A DNA stretch of 64,000 nucleotides from the human T2T-CHM13v2.0 reference genome, Homo sapiens. Below, in pieces: positions 1 through 13,285 of the stretch. Position 1 is the stretch's first letter; the number at the start of each line of letters is the position of its first letter. The notes under the pieces are model-generated. The model saw nothing but the letters and a program-made list of their open reading frames with translations, did not search any database and was not told where the DNA came from. The DNA lies in NCBI RefSeq assembly GCF_009914755.1, contig NC_060930.1. The stretch is one strand, 5' to 3'. Both the position numbers and the translations under genes were made by a program.

Positions 1-251
1 GAGTGCAGTGATGCGATCTCAGCTCACTGCAACCTCCACCTCCCAGGCTCAGGTGATTCTTCTGCCTCAGCCTCCTGAGTAGCTGGGATTACAGGCACCT
101 GCCACCATGCCCAGCTAATTTTTGTATTTTTATTAGAGAAAGGGATTCACTATGTTGGCCAGACTGGTCTTGAACTCCTGACCTCAGGTGATCCACCCGT
201 CTTGGCCTCCCAAAGTGCTGGGATTACAGGCATGAACCACTATGCCTGGCC
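1..251 (-). mobile_element. AluS SINE (cut by window edge)
   Basis: Antisense Alu: gagtgcagtg...ctcactgcaacctcc...cccaaagtgctgggattacaggc...cctggcc. Confidence 0.97.
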
Positions 252-369
252 GGGTTGTCCGTTTTAAATATGTACAAAAATTGTCAATTATATCCCAAGA
301 AAACAGCTGAACAATAGGAATTTTACAAGAACTGAAAATAGGAAATTATTATTTTATGATCTTTACCCA

Positions 370-575
370 ACTTAACCAAGTCTCCAAATTGAAAGAATCG
401 CCTTCAATCAGATTTCAAACTCTCAATAGATATCCTGATTTTGCTCTTTCCTCTCTGAGACACTACCATGGCTCTGTGGAGGCAGTGTTCTCCCCTTTAC
501 GCCACTAAGCCGTAAACTCACTTAGTCTGATCAACAGGCTGCTTTGGTATTATTTTGGGGAGCCAGCATTTGATA
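370..575 (+). mobile_element. Possible old ERVL-type LTR 3' fragment
   Basis: gttctcccctttac...taaactcac...tcaacaggctgctttggtattattttggggagccagcatttgata resembles ends of old LTRs; family not determined. Confidence 0.35.
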
Positions 576-3311
576 GTACTTCACTTCCATACAATATGAC
601 ACATATTAAAAAGAAGGGATTCTACACCAGTTAACATAAAGAAATTCCAGGATGTCATGTTAAGTGAGAAAAGCCGAATGCAGAGGAAAGTTTTCTGTTT
701 TTGTATTTCTATTTTGTATTTTGTTTTCTATTTTTGATTTAAACAAACAGCATCTTAGATGAATATATATGCATGTGTATGATGACATGACCCATGAGAT
801 AGCTTTGGATAGAATCATGCCAGTTAATAAACATTGATTATCTGGGGGAAATGATGTATATTGGAGGGTAGGAAGGTGGGAGTAATAAAAAAAAAAAAAA
901 GAAAAAAAAACAGGGAAGCAGAAAAAATCACATATCCAAAGAAAAAGAAGTGTCCATAATCCAGCAGCATTTGTATTACGCACCCATTTCTATGCTTAGA
1001 GATAGCTTCAAACTGTTACTCGAAATAATGTCAAGTTTCTTTGAATTTTCCTGAATTAACAAACACACAGCAAAAACTATTATTTTATTACCCTCTCTGT
1101 TACTTCTATCTCTAATTTTACAGGTCTAATCTCATTAATTATAATAATTCTAGTGTAGTGAATAGTAAATTTTGGAATAATAAGATCTCTTTAATAAGGA
1201 TTTTTTTCTACAAACAGCAATAACTTTTGCTTTATCATTTGTTTTACAAATCTCATTAAAACTTTACTGGTTGATCAATATTTGAGAATTTTTAAAGATA
1301 TAAATCTTCTACTGTGTTTTTTTAAAAAAGAAAACTGTTCTAATGCCCATGTTTTCACTTTTACAAAACTAGCTTAATTCCATACAAACTGCAAAGACCT
1401 TGGCACTGCCTTTGTCTCCAGTGAAAAATGAGCTCCATTTGATGGCTGACCTTCCAAACAACTGTAGCTTCCACAGAAATATATAGGATCTATCGGCCCA
1501 CAGCTGTTACCTTATAAGAATCATTACTTGAGTGCTCAAGGGAAAACTAGTTCCACGGGTAAGGCTGCGTTGATGGAACACTCAAAAATACAATAAAATA
1601 AAATGGATGCATATAAACCGTGAGTGAGAGCTTTGATTAGAAGCAAAGATGAGTATTTTTGCTACCGAAGATAGGCAGAGTGGTGTCAGTGTTGGAGAAA
1701 ATTGGCTGTTAACATTCGCAATTATGGGAGACACTTAAATGGATGCTTTTCACGGCCCTTCCTCAAAATGGAGATGAGTGAAAATTTCGCAAATAATGCA
1801 GCTTATAAAATAGAAGTGTAGCTGAGAGTATATTAGGTTGCTTGGAGAGGTGAATTAGCATCTTTTGTCTATGTGTGGTGTTTTGTGGAATGTTCATGAA
1901 GGCAGTGAGAAAAGATGGTTGAATTTCCTGACCAATTCCTTTTTATGCTGTTGACTTGTGGTTTGGCAGAAGCGACAGATTCCTTCATCTTTTAACGTTA
2001 ACCAAGTAGCTCTTTGCTACCCAAACGACCAGAAACAGATGCTCCCCTCCTTATTTCCTTTAAAGGTGGGACATTACCTACTTTGATAGACGATGGAAAT
2101 GGTTTCATTTATAACCCTCCAATGTTTAAATTCCTCATGCTCCAGTCACGTTACGGCGGTCACCTTGGGAAGTTTGGGCATATGCTTTATGTTTTGCTGG
2201 GATGAGAAATGTGACTAATGCCTCGATAACCTGAAATGAGCCTCCTGCCTCTTGGGTGTCATCTTTGCATGTGACTTTACAGTGTGTGTTTTCTGTGTCC
2301 CTTCTCCTTGCCTTATTACCAGCTTCTTCCTTGCTCCCTAATGGACCATTCAGGTGCTGTTCAGAGATTTGTTTTATTGTTCAACTTCAAAGGTAACGCA
2401 TATGATGCAGGGAATTCAGAGATTAGATTGCCGGGGCACTGACAGTAAGCCCATATAGATAAGCATAGGGAAAATTTTTAATTAAAACCAATTAACATGA
2501 AATTGGAGTTTCTAGTCATTAATTGTGCATAGTCTGATTTAAATTTCTGAAGCTCCATGGGTTTTGCATTAGTGACTGAATCGGTGGGAACAAGGATATT
2601 CATGGGTATTGTCTTTGCAAGTGACTTTACCTAAAGTTCCCTTGCAACTTTTGTTTCCACTCAGGAATGAGACTGAGGTGAAATGCCTAGGGATAGAGGG
2701 AGGGACAGGGAGTCATGAAGAACTCCAGCTATGCTGCCCAGGGCACATGAGCCAAAGCTTTCTAGGGGCCCAGAGTTTTCCTCCTCCCTGACAAAAAGTA
2801 TATTCCTTGAAGTAGTCATGGCCTTTGTAAATGATTTCAAGTAATAATATTGAAGCCATTTTCCAAGAGCATAGATTTAACCTTTGGTCTCCCCAGCTTC
2901 TCATGGACAACAGCATGGCCCTGTGGGTGGTGAGGCCAGTGGAGGAGGGCAGAGTGGCCTCAGGAATATCAGTAAGCCAGGCGCAGGTGCATGGTCGCAC
3001 AGTGGGCATTGCTCCCAGGGCTGTCCTGGTACATGTGGGGACAGCCACAGCTCAGGCCCCTTGAAGAGTAAGAGCTCTGGCCTGGGGAAGTCACACTCCC
3101 CATTGGTGGACCTGGACCTGAAGCGAGACTTTCACATATCATAAACCCTCTTTTTATCACCAGTGATAGGGAGATGATAGTATTTGTGACGTCTGTCCTC
3201 AGCAAGTCCAACTGAGTCTCTGGGCTCTGCTGGTAACAGTGGGAATTGTACTAGGGGGTTTGAGAGGACAAAGGAGTGGCAAGAAGCACTGCCACTGATT
3301 ACTGATGAAGT

Positions 3312-3976
3312 TAGTAGTCAGGGTTCTCCAGGGAAACAGAATCAATAGGGTGTGTTGGTTATGCATTACTTATATGATGTGTACATATGGAGATAATGTA
3401 GGCTGTGTGTGTATATTTACATATGTTCATATGTATATACAGTATATATAATTATGTAATATATAATGTACATGTATGTATATTACATATATTGCAGATA
3501 TAGGTATATGTATTATATAGTATTCATATATACTATATATGTTAATGTCTAGTAAATATGTATAATTACATATAATTATAGATAACATGTCTATAATAGT
3601 AATATATAATATAAAACAAGAGAAAGAGAGAGGGAGGGAGAGAGATCTATGTTACAGTTGGCTCATATGATGTGGGGGTTGGTGAATCAGACATCTGGAG
3701 GCCAGGCCAGCAGGCTAGAGTCTGGAAGGAGTTGGTGTTGCAGCCATCTGGAGGCAGAATTTCCTCTTCCTAGAGGAGTCTTTTTTCTCTTAAAGCCTTC
3801 AGCTGATTGATTGGAGCCCACCCACATCATGAAGGGCAATCTGCTTTACTTAAAGTCCACAGATTAAATGTTCATCTCATCTAAAAAATACCTTCACACC
3901 AACATCCAGAACAGTGCTTGACTAAATGTCTGGGTACGTTGGCCTGGGCCCAGCGGATGCATGAAATTAACCATCC
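3312..3976 (-). mobile_element. MLT2 (ERVL) solo LTR with internal AT-rich/(TA)n expansion
   Basis: tagtcagggttctccagggaaacagaatcaatagg at left and aaattaaccatc at right are reverse complements of MLT2 termini; TA-rich tract about 3400-3615. Confidence 0.85.
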
Positions 3977-3984
3977 TGCCTGAC

Positions 3985-4400
3985 GAGGGTGGAGCCGAGT
4001 CACCCATGCTGTGATTGGCTGTCCCAGGAGCAGCTCCGTCTTGATTGGTTGGTCGGAAAATTGGAGGCAGAGGGGCAGTGGGAGTGGCCGTGCGGGCCTG
4101 CTTTGGGAACAGAGGGACCCTCCCTGCTGTTCTGTTCACACGGAAGCGTGTCTCAGCGTCTGGGGGCTTGGAGAAAGAAGCCCTGAGGGGCGGTCCTGAG
4201 AAGAATGCAGCAGTGGCAGAGCAAGCCTCGGCTTACCAGGAAGTAGGCCTTGGAGACAGGGGGTATGCCAGGCCAGCTAAGGACTGCGGTGTCGGAGAGA
4301 CTAGGGCTGGCTTTCAGACCAAGTCCCCTCTGAGAGTTTCTTTAATTACTCACCTCAAACCCAGTTTACTTCCTAAGACGGGAGCGAATCCTGCAAGTGA
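3985..4400 (+). promoter_or_regulatory. Candidate CCAAT/ETS promoter and first exon of an unidentified (probably non-coding) transcript
   Basis: ATTGG boxes at 4014, 4044 and 4060; GGGTGG box about 3987; ETS cores CGGAAG 4141 and CAGGAAGT 4238; local CpG enrichment; donor-like CAA|GTGAGC at 4397. Confidence 0.5.
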
Positions 4401-4948
4401 GCCCTGAGAACAAGCACAAAGTCTGCTGGCAGAGAAGGGTCCGCCCGAGGCTCTGGCCCCAGGGAACCCCTCGGTTCTTCTCCAACATTTTGCTGAGGGA
4501 AGGCTGCTCTTGTGTTGAACCTACCGAGGGAGAGTTCCTAGGTTTGCATGGCAAGAAATGTGAAGATATTTTTAAGACAAATTCACCCCTGCACACCACC
4601 GGCTTTCGAGTCACAGACCCTAGTAAGAGCTCAAGAGTGACTTCATTTGTAATAGCTGAAGGATTATATTTTATCACATATTTGCCCATCAAAACATTAT
4701 ATGACACACATTAAATATTTTTCTATGTTTTATCTGTCATGTGGTTTTTTTCTTGATGAACATTTATATCTTGCTACATTTTGAAGTTTAAAACCATGAG
4801 ATATAAAACTGCTAAGGTGTAAACTTCCAGCAGTACTTGTATAGAGCCATTTCCGTGACAGCAAAATTAATTTTCATGAATAAAGGCCAGAAGAAAATAT
4901 AACATAAAAGGATGGTAATTTCTGGGTAGAGGGATTACAAGTAATTTT

Positions 4949-5141
4949 ATTTTTCATCTTTTTTTTGTTTTGTTTTGCGAAAATTGTGCATTAGCTTGTA
5001 TTACAGTTAGAAGACTCCTCACTATTCCAGTCTGAAACATTAAGCCTCTTCATCTTTAAATTCAATTGAGAAGAGTGGTCAATTTAGAGATTAAAATGGA
5101 TTCCAGCCATAAGGGGCCAGTTAAGTCCTTTAAATCAATTA
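4949..5141 (+). repeat. Local dispersed duplication 1, copy A
   Basis: Aligns with 6655-6859; core 5058-5126 identical to 6776-6844. Confidence 0.95.
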
Positions 5142-6221
5142 CCCACAAGATCCAAGCCAATAAGATGAAAAGCAGCGTGCGCTCTATAGGCTAACCCGGG
5201 AACATTTAGAAATGAAAGTCACCCGAGTTTACAGCAAAGGGAGTCTGGACTCTGTTTCTCCTTCACTTGACAGGGCTGTGCCTGGTGAAATACAAAATTA
5301 TGATCAAGACAAAGGAAGGACAGGGGACTAAGAAAAAAACTCCAGTCATCAGTTAGCAGGCACACAGCGGGCACTGCAAGCATCTCAGGGTCTTTACGTG
5401 CCTCCTCAATTTCTTTTTAAGGTAGCTCAGCCTCCAGCTCTCGTCTCCCCTCCCCAGTCATCTTTTTTCTTAAAATTCATATTCTGGACAGAAGTCAGTG
5501 GGTTTCCTTACAGTTTTATTAAGATTTTCAATTTCTCAGAAATAATTTCTAGGCCTTGAAGCTTCAGCAGAGAGCATGTGCTTTGTACATGGAGTTTACC
5601 AGATGGAACCATTAGGTTATATTTATAGGTGAAAAGCCGCGTGAATCTGGGACTTTTCCCTTATGCTGGGCTGCTATATTTTGAGAGACAGATGCCTTGT
5701 AAAGATGAAAGATGGGAGGAGAGGATGGAACTGTTGTCAACAATTAGAAAAATGGTACTGGAAATCGGCGATGATTTTTTTACAGGCCCATTTTAATTCG
5801 TGAGTGTTAGGGAGACAGTCATCCAGGGTCAGGTTGGTGAGGCAAGACTGAGTTGGGAAATGTGTATTCAGTTGGCAAGAAAGGTCAGTGCACTAGAACT
5901 CCTTTCATTGTCTGGATTTTCAGAAGAGTGCTCGACGGTGTCTGATACATGGGGAGGTTGACAATGGAGCAGGGAAGGAAAGTTGTTCACTAGGAATGTT
6001 CTGGAAATTCACTTCTTTTTATACAGACTATTCTTTCTCTCTCTCCATCACAAGGTATCAGTAAAACACAGTCTGCCCAGGAGTGGCTCATGCTCCCAGA
6101 GGCGTGGGGAGGAGCTGTGTTGTGGAGACACACGTTTCCTTCTCTCATTCCCTGAAGAGAACAGACACCCCAAAAATGTGGCAGCCGGAGGAAACCTCAC
6201 TCCCCAGACTCTGCAGGAAAC

Positions 6222-6278
6222 TTACGTGCAAGTCTTTTACGTAAGTGAAAGATTTACGTAAAAGTCTTTTTTACATAA
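6222..6278. promoter_or_regulatory. Cluster of four PAR-bZIP/NFIL3 D-box-like sites
   Basis: TTACGTGC 6222, TTACGTAA 6237, TTACGTAA 6254, TTACATAA 6271. Confidence 0.5.
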
Positions 6279-6654
6279 AGAGGACTGTCCAAGCCCAACT
6301 TTGTTCACGTTGGCAGCTCAGACTGAATTGTTTTGAATTATTTGAGGGATGGTCCGTCATGGCAACAAAGGCTCGCTCTGCAGCGCAGTCTCCAGTAGAG
6401 CTGTGGACAGCTCATGCAGTTTTTGGACATGTAAATCATATAAATAGTTAAATACACAAGTTGAGATGCATTTGGTCAAATAAGGTTCTTTCTGAGCCCT
6501 AAGTGTTTGTAGAAAAAGCAGCAGTTCCTATTTATGGTTTGTGACCATTTGTTTCCCTACATGGTATTAAAAGGAATTATTTGTGTACAGACACTATATA
6601 ATATGGGTGAATTGCACTGGGTGCTCACTTGAGATGTGTGTGTGTATATATATA

Positions 6655-6859
6655 ATTTTTCATCTTTTTTTGTTTTACAAAAATTGCCCATTAGCTAGAA
6701 TTACAGCTAGAATTACAGTTAGATTTAGAAGACTTCTCATGATTCCAGTCTGAAACATCAAGCCTCTTCATTTTAAAATTCAATTGAGAAGAGTGGTCAA
6801 TTTAGAGATTAAAATGGATTCCAGCCATAAGGGGCCAGTTAAGTTCTTTAAATCAATTA
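6655..6859 (+). repeat. Local dispersed duplication 1, copy B (inserted in a (TG)n(TA)n microsatellite)
   Basis: Homologous to 4949-5141; flanked by repeated cttgagat-(gt)n-(ta)n units at about 6628-6654 and 6920-6955. Confidence 0.95.
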
Positions 6860-6882
6860 AATCAATTAATAATCAATAGATA

Positions 6883-6913
<31 letters not shown>

Positions 6914-7875
6914 ATCTCCCTTGAGATATGTGTGTGTGTGTGTATATATATATATTTAATTCACCATTGCTGCCTTGAAACCTTGATATTTTGATGCAGG
7001 TGGCCTATGATTAAAATTAGAATAGCAACAGACATCCATTGCCAGTCCAGGCCCAATTGTCTGGGAGTGTGTGTGTGAGAATATGTCATAGAGTTTTAAT
7101 GGAGAGTAAGGAGGTTTGGGACTCAAAGAAATGGTTAGTCCCAGTTTTTAAAGCTAGTATAAGAATTTATATGATGACGGTGTGTATATGCATGTGTCCA
7201 TGTCTGTGTGCGTCTCACACACACACACACACACGCAACCCGAGTGATTTGTTGTTTTGTGTGCTGTTGTGCCGGCAGGCAATGCTGTCCGTGCTCTACT
7301 CAACAGTCTGCTTTCCTCCAAAGCTGAAACCCTAGAGCAGTTGATCTAATGTGTCTTGCACTAGGGCAGGCATTTATGAGGATGTGGAGCGACACATTTG
7401 CTGTCATGGCTTTCTCATGTGTATTTATCACCACCTCATTACTGAGGTGCTCAGAGTTAAATCTCAAGAGCAGAGTAGAATCCAGAACATGGTATTTAAA
7501 CCAGAGGATCAACCTGGTTGGTTGTCCTTAATTCTTGGAATTTAAGCAAGAGAAAGAATTTTAAATGAGAAAAAGGACAAAGGGCTTTAACACCATTTAA
7601 GAGAATGGGGATTCTGACATTTGGGTTCCTATTGTACATTAAACTTTCTCCATTACTGCCTTGGGGAAATGGAAATTGCTGTAATTGGGGGTAATAGATA
7701 CAATAAAGTGTGCAAATTTTACCCAACACATAAACAAACAAAGCCATTATGGTAATTCAAGTCTACATTTTATTTTCCTATTCTCTGCATTCCTGAATAA
7801 AAGCAAGGAGTTGCCCCATGACTTTGACATTTAATATTAGGCTGATCTTTTCAGGCCATTTTCTTCCCACATATC

Positions 7876-7877
<2 letters not shown>

Positions 7878-7915
<38 letters not shown>
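7878..7915 (+). repeat. (CA)n microsatellite
   Basis: Pure AC dinucleotide run. Confidence 0.97.
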
Positions 7916-7918
<3 letters not shown>

Positions 7919-8710
7919 TTTTGTATTATTCTGCAGTCCTCACAGTCATAGTTAAAGGTTTGGGATGGAGTCCCAGAGCTATGCTAGTTCAAGCCCCTGC
8001 CTCAAGCAATGCTAGCCAGCTGAATCGTAAAGATGGCAATAAATCCTATTAGTGCAGATTTCAAGGACTTATAACTTCTCTTGGTGGCCTGTGTTTGCAT
8101 TTAATCATTTAGACAAGCATTTTTCTAATAGCTGAGCAAATTTTCTTTGTATTTGATGCAGAGGTACATTATTTAGGGTCTTTATTTAAACATAATTAAT
8201 TGAAATAAATTTTACTTTGAGGAATAGTAGTTCTCAGAATTCTTCAGCTTGCCTGCAGATAAGCTTGGTAGACTGCAGCTGCTACATGGAGCCCGGCTGC
8301 CCCTAGCAGTACATGACCTTGCCATCTTTGCCAGGCATATTTCTGCTGTAGCCTCCAGTTTCTTACAGAAATAAGACTGCATTATATGTTTTATTGGTTT
8401 ATTCTTTTAGTGTTGTGTCTTGAATCTTTAGTTCTCTTATTATTTTTTCTCTGTCTTTTTAATATTTGCTTAGTTCAGTCCTTGGCAAAAAAAAAAAAAG
8501 CCATTCAATAAATATTTGTGGAATGGAAAAATGAGTATACCTCAGATGTTTTGCTGAAATAGAGTTATATTACTTTAGGGTATATCAGATAGGTTCCTTT
8601 GCTGTAGGACCTTTCAGAGTCTAAAATGTTATGTATCTTGTGTGGATAAAAGGGAGATAGAATTTTGTGAAGTTTGTTTTCTCTGAATATAATTGGTTCT
8701 TAAAATGGTG

Positions 8711-9089
8711 TGTGATGGTTGATTTTATGTGTCAACTTGAGTGGGCTAAGGGTTGCCCACATAGCTGGTAAAACATGATTTCTAGGTGGGTCTGCAAGGA
8801 TGTTTCCAAAAGAGATCAGCATTTGAATCAGTAGACTGAATAAAGACCACCCTCTTCAATGTGAAGGGCATCACACATTGCAAATGGCCTGGATAAAACG
8901 GGCCAGGCATTCCACTTGGCTGAGTTATACCACTGACTTCCTGGTTCTCCAGCTTGCAGTTGGGATATGGTGGGACTTCTCTGCCTCCACAATCATGTGG
9001 GCCAATTCCCCACAATAAATCCCCTCTTATATATATCCTCTAAATATATCCTATTGGTCCTTTCTCTCTGGAGAACCCTGACTAACACA
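8711..9089 (+). mobile_element. MLT2 (ERVL) solo LTR
   Basis: Starts tgtgatggttgattttatgtgtcaacttgagtgggc and ends ctggagaaccctgactaacaca. Confidence 0.9.
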
Positions 9090-9670
9090 GAGTGCTTGGC
9101 ATATAGTAATGAGTGTGTGTGTGTGTTGTTATTTATATTGTTATTATTGTTTTTGTTACTGCATTTGTCTTTGCAACCCTTTTTCATGGGATTTCTTAGT
9201 ACTAGAGTTTCAGTAGAACACACTTTTGGGAAAGGCTAACATATTCTCATCCTATGTTAGGAAGATTCATTGATTTATATTACATTAATGTGTAATAATT
9301 CACTGGGGCTTGTCTGACGTTTATCATTGTGTTATCTATAACAATGCAGTTTGTTAGGAAATCAATTTGACAAAACAAACTTCAAGGGGAATGCTTAATT
9401 TCAAGTGAACGAAGTCCTCAGAACACGCACAAGCACTTTTGAAGCACCGATTTATTTTCTTATAAGTGTTGATGAGCCAGTGACTTCTAAGAAGACCATC
9501 TTGGACCTGTTCCTGGCAACATTTTATGATTTTGTTTCATTTTATGTGTTTTCAATTAAAGACACTGCATTTGTCATCTTTCCTTGTCAGTCAGAACTAG
9601 TTGCTGATTAGTTAGATGCAGCACTCTAGAATGTTTCTTTGTACACTGACTTGTGTCAGTGACATATCAC

Positions 9671-10046
9671 TGACATGTTTTTATTGATGTCCCCACCCAA
9701 ATTTCATGTTGAACTGTAATCCCCAGTGTTGGAGGTGGGGCCTGGTGGGAGGTGTTTGGATCCTGGGAAATTTCGCCCTTGGTTGTGATGGTGAGTTCTT
9801 GTGAGATCTGGTTGTTGAAAAGGGAAGCAGCTCCTCCCCAACTCTTTCTCCTACTCCTGCCATGTAAGACACCTGTTCCCCCTTTGCCTTCTGTCATGAG
9901 TAAAAGCTCATGAGGCCTCCCCAGACGCAGAAGCCACTATGCTTCCTGTACAGCCTGCAGAATCACGAGCCAATTAAACCTCTCTTCTTTATAAATTACC
10001 CAGTCTTAGATATTTCTTTATAGCAATGCAAAAATGGACTAATACA
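9671..10046 (+). mobile_element. MSTA/MSTB MaLR solo LTR
   Basis: gtccccacccaaatttcatgttgaactgtaatcccc...gagccaattaaacctc...ggactaataca. Confidence 0.9.
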
Positions 10047-10486
10047 GTCAGGATGAAATTCCATCATGGTTTTAGAGCTGATTTATCATGTTTATCAAGG
10101 TCCCTTTGGATTATTTCTGTGTTCTAAGATGTGGCGAGCTTATTGTCTTCTGTAAGCATGGTGGCTACCATCCATTCAGATAAGAGTTCGTGGTGAGAGT
10201 GATCAGTTGCCTTCCTTCCTTCACTCCACTGAATGTCATTACTTGCAGTATCCCTATGGTTTTACAGGAGGCTTAATTGTGCCTTAAAATTGCCTTTCCC
10301 TTTTGCTTCCAAAATTAACATCCTTACTGAAGCATGGGTAGATTGTGCCCCTTGCTTAACCAGTCTCTCTGAGGCCTGTCATTGTCAAAGAAGAAGCTAG
10401 AATGCATCTGTCAGGACTTTGTTACTTGCATTTACAAAGGAACTCTTATTTGGAATAAATTCTGAGCATCAGACTTTCATTGACGG

Positions 10487-10936
<450 letters not shown>

Positions 10937-13074
10937 CTACCCTCTCTTCCTTCCTTCCTTGCTACCTAACTTCCCTCCCTTTTCCTGTGAGTACTCTGTC
11001 TATTTCCAGCCCTCAGGGACTTTCCTTGTCTTCCATGTCAAGTATAACAGTGGCAGATCTTCAGTAGCTCTTGCCGATTTGCCAACAGGATGTGAAACTT
11101 TCTAGCTGGCCTCTGCTGTGCTCACCAACCTGGCCAGAAGGGACAGCTTTTTATACTCTGGGTTTATGTCTCGAAGCCCCAAGAAAAATTAGAAATTCAT
11201 AAACACATGATAAGTAGAATTTTATCACTGATTTTTCTGTTGTCAAATTTGAACAACTGATTTAAAGTTCAGTTTATTATAGCTTGAGAGGAGTTGGAAA
11301 AGCATTCGAGACAAATATTTTTGGGCTCAGAACACGTGTGAGGTCACTTTGCCCTCGTAGAAGTCTCCTAGTGGTGATGTTGAATGGTGATACGAGATGG
11401 AAATCTGGAGTCTATTCCTGGAACCTCCTCTGACTCATCCCGTTATCCGGGGACGATTATTTCATCATTACTCTTGCATCTGAAGGATGTGGATGTATAT
11501 TAATGCTCTAACCTTCACGCATCCTTGAATCCTGAGTAGTCTGCTGGAGTCTGTCCTGCAGCAGCTTCCTGGAAGAGTGGCCAGCCCGCTGCGTGGAGGG
11601 ACTTGGAGGGGTCAAGGTCTCAGCAGCAGGGCCTGGGGTGACTGCAGAGGCCAGAGATGCTCTTCAGGCTGTGCCTGAGGCATGGAACGGTCTGCAATGC
11701 CTCCTGAGCTTAGGTCTGGGCATGTGCCAAGTGACTAATCGTATGATTTTTATAACAGTTTAGAGGTTCTAAGGACATATGCATGTTAAAACCTTTACAA
11801 GATAATAGTTTCCTTTGATTTAAAGAAATATTGGTGTGGGGGAGCTGGCAAGAGGGAGAGGAAGGAACCACAGAAGCCCTTTCTAGACAGACCATCAGTG
11901 ACAGAAGACTAGTACACACGCTCAGATATTTGAGATCAGCCAAGCGAAGCATGACTGAATTTCCTGATGCAAAGTTCTGGTGTTTTGTTAGGGGTAGCTT
12001 TTTGCATTCGGTATGAGTCTGGCTGTGTTGAACCCTGCGGATGAGAATACTGGCAGTCACTGCAGAGGCAATGAGGAGAGGGCTCTTTGGAAACATTCAA
12101 CATGTAAGGAATGTGGTCCCCCACTTCCGCAGGTCCCCCACATTCCTTCCAACATTTAAGTGGAAGGGGTGGGGACAGGCCAGTGGCCATTTGTCCTGTC
12201 GCATATGACCCTTTGACAGTGAGTGGCCTCTGTGTTATGTAGCATGTTTACAACTAAAACACTAAATGATGGTGATAGAAAATACCAGAATGTAATGTAA
12301 CTTCAAGATATATGAGCAGACCGTACACCATTGATTCTATGGAATGAACAATCTTATGATGCTTAAAAAAAGTTCATGATTTTAAAATGGCTCTTTATCT
12401 TTCTATTTAATCTGTTTGATTAAAAATGAAAGAGAGGGATAAAATAACGATTTGTTATTTTTCTTGTATTTTGAGAAGAAATGATAGAGCATAAGTCTGG
12501 AACTGAATCCTTATTGAAGGGATAAGGAGAGAGGATTCATCTCCAGGGTCCAAGTACTTATTCTCAGCAAATGATGTATTATAATTAAGCACTAATCTAA
12601 GAGGACCTAGAGTTCACAATGATTTCCCCAATTAATTCTGATTAGCATGTGAAGACAATAAGGGCAGGAATCATTATCCCACTCACCCAGCACAGAGAGG
12701 CTGCTCTCCGCCCAAGTCACACAGTGTCACCCATGAACCTTCCCCAGGCTCTCTGTGCTGCCTCCTTCTCCAGCAGCCATCAGTGCTTGAAGAAATGCAA
12801 AGACTGGTGGTTCCCGCTTGGGGAAGTGGTTCACCTTGCACAAGGTGGATAGTAGAACTGAGAAATGGACAGTGCCAGAAATCCCTAGAAATCTTTGTTG
12901 TTCCTTCTTTCTGATGCCTTGTCTTGGAGGTTTAATAACAGTGGCTGATATTTGTTGAAGTCTCACTGTGTACAAGTGCTTGGAAACACACAGTATATAC
13001 ATCCAAGTCACATAGTCCTACGACACTGGCATTGAAAGTCCATGTGGTTGGTATACATCCTAGCAGGTACATGT

Positions 13075-13285
13075 GGGGACTAGGAAACAGACCACTTGGA
13101 TTCAAATTCCAGCTCCATCATCTGTGAGCTGTGTGACCTTGGACATGTTTCTTAACCTCTCGGAGTCCTAGGTCCTCATCTCTAAAATGGGGATAATAGG
13201 AGTTTTCTGTCTCATAGGGCTGTTATAATGATAAAATTATATGACAAACATCAAGGGCTTAGCTTACTATTTGGCATTCAGTAAC
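13075..13285 (+). mobile_element. MIR SINE
   Basis: ggattcaaattccagctcc...tgtgtgaccttggac...aacctctc...ctcatctctaaaatggggataata MIR core. Confidence 0.85.
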
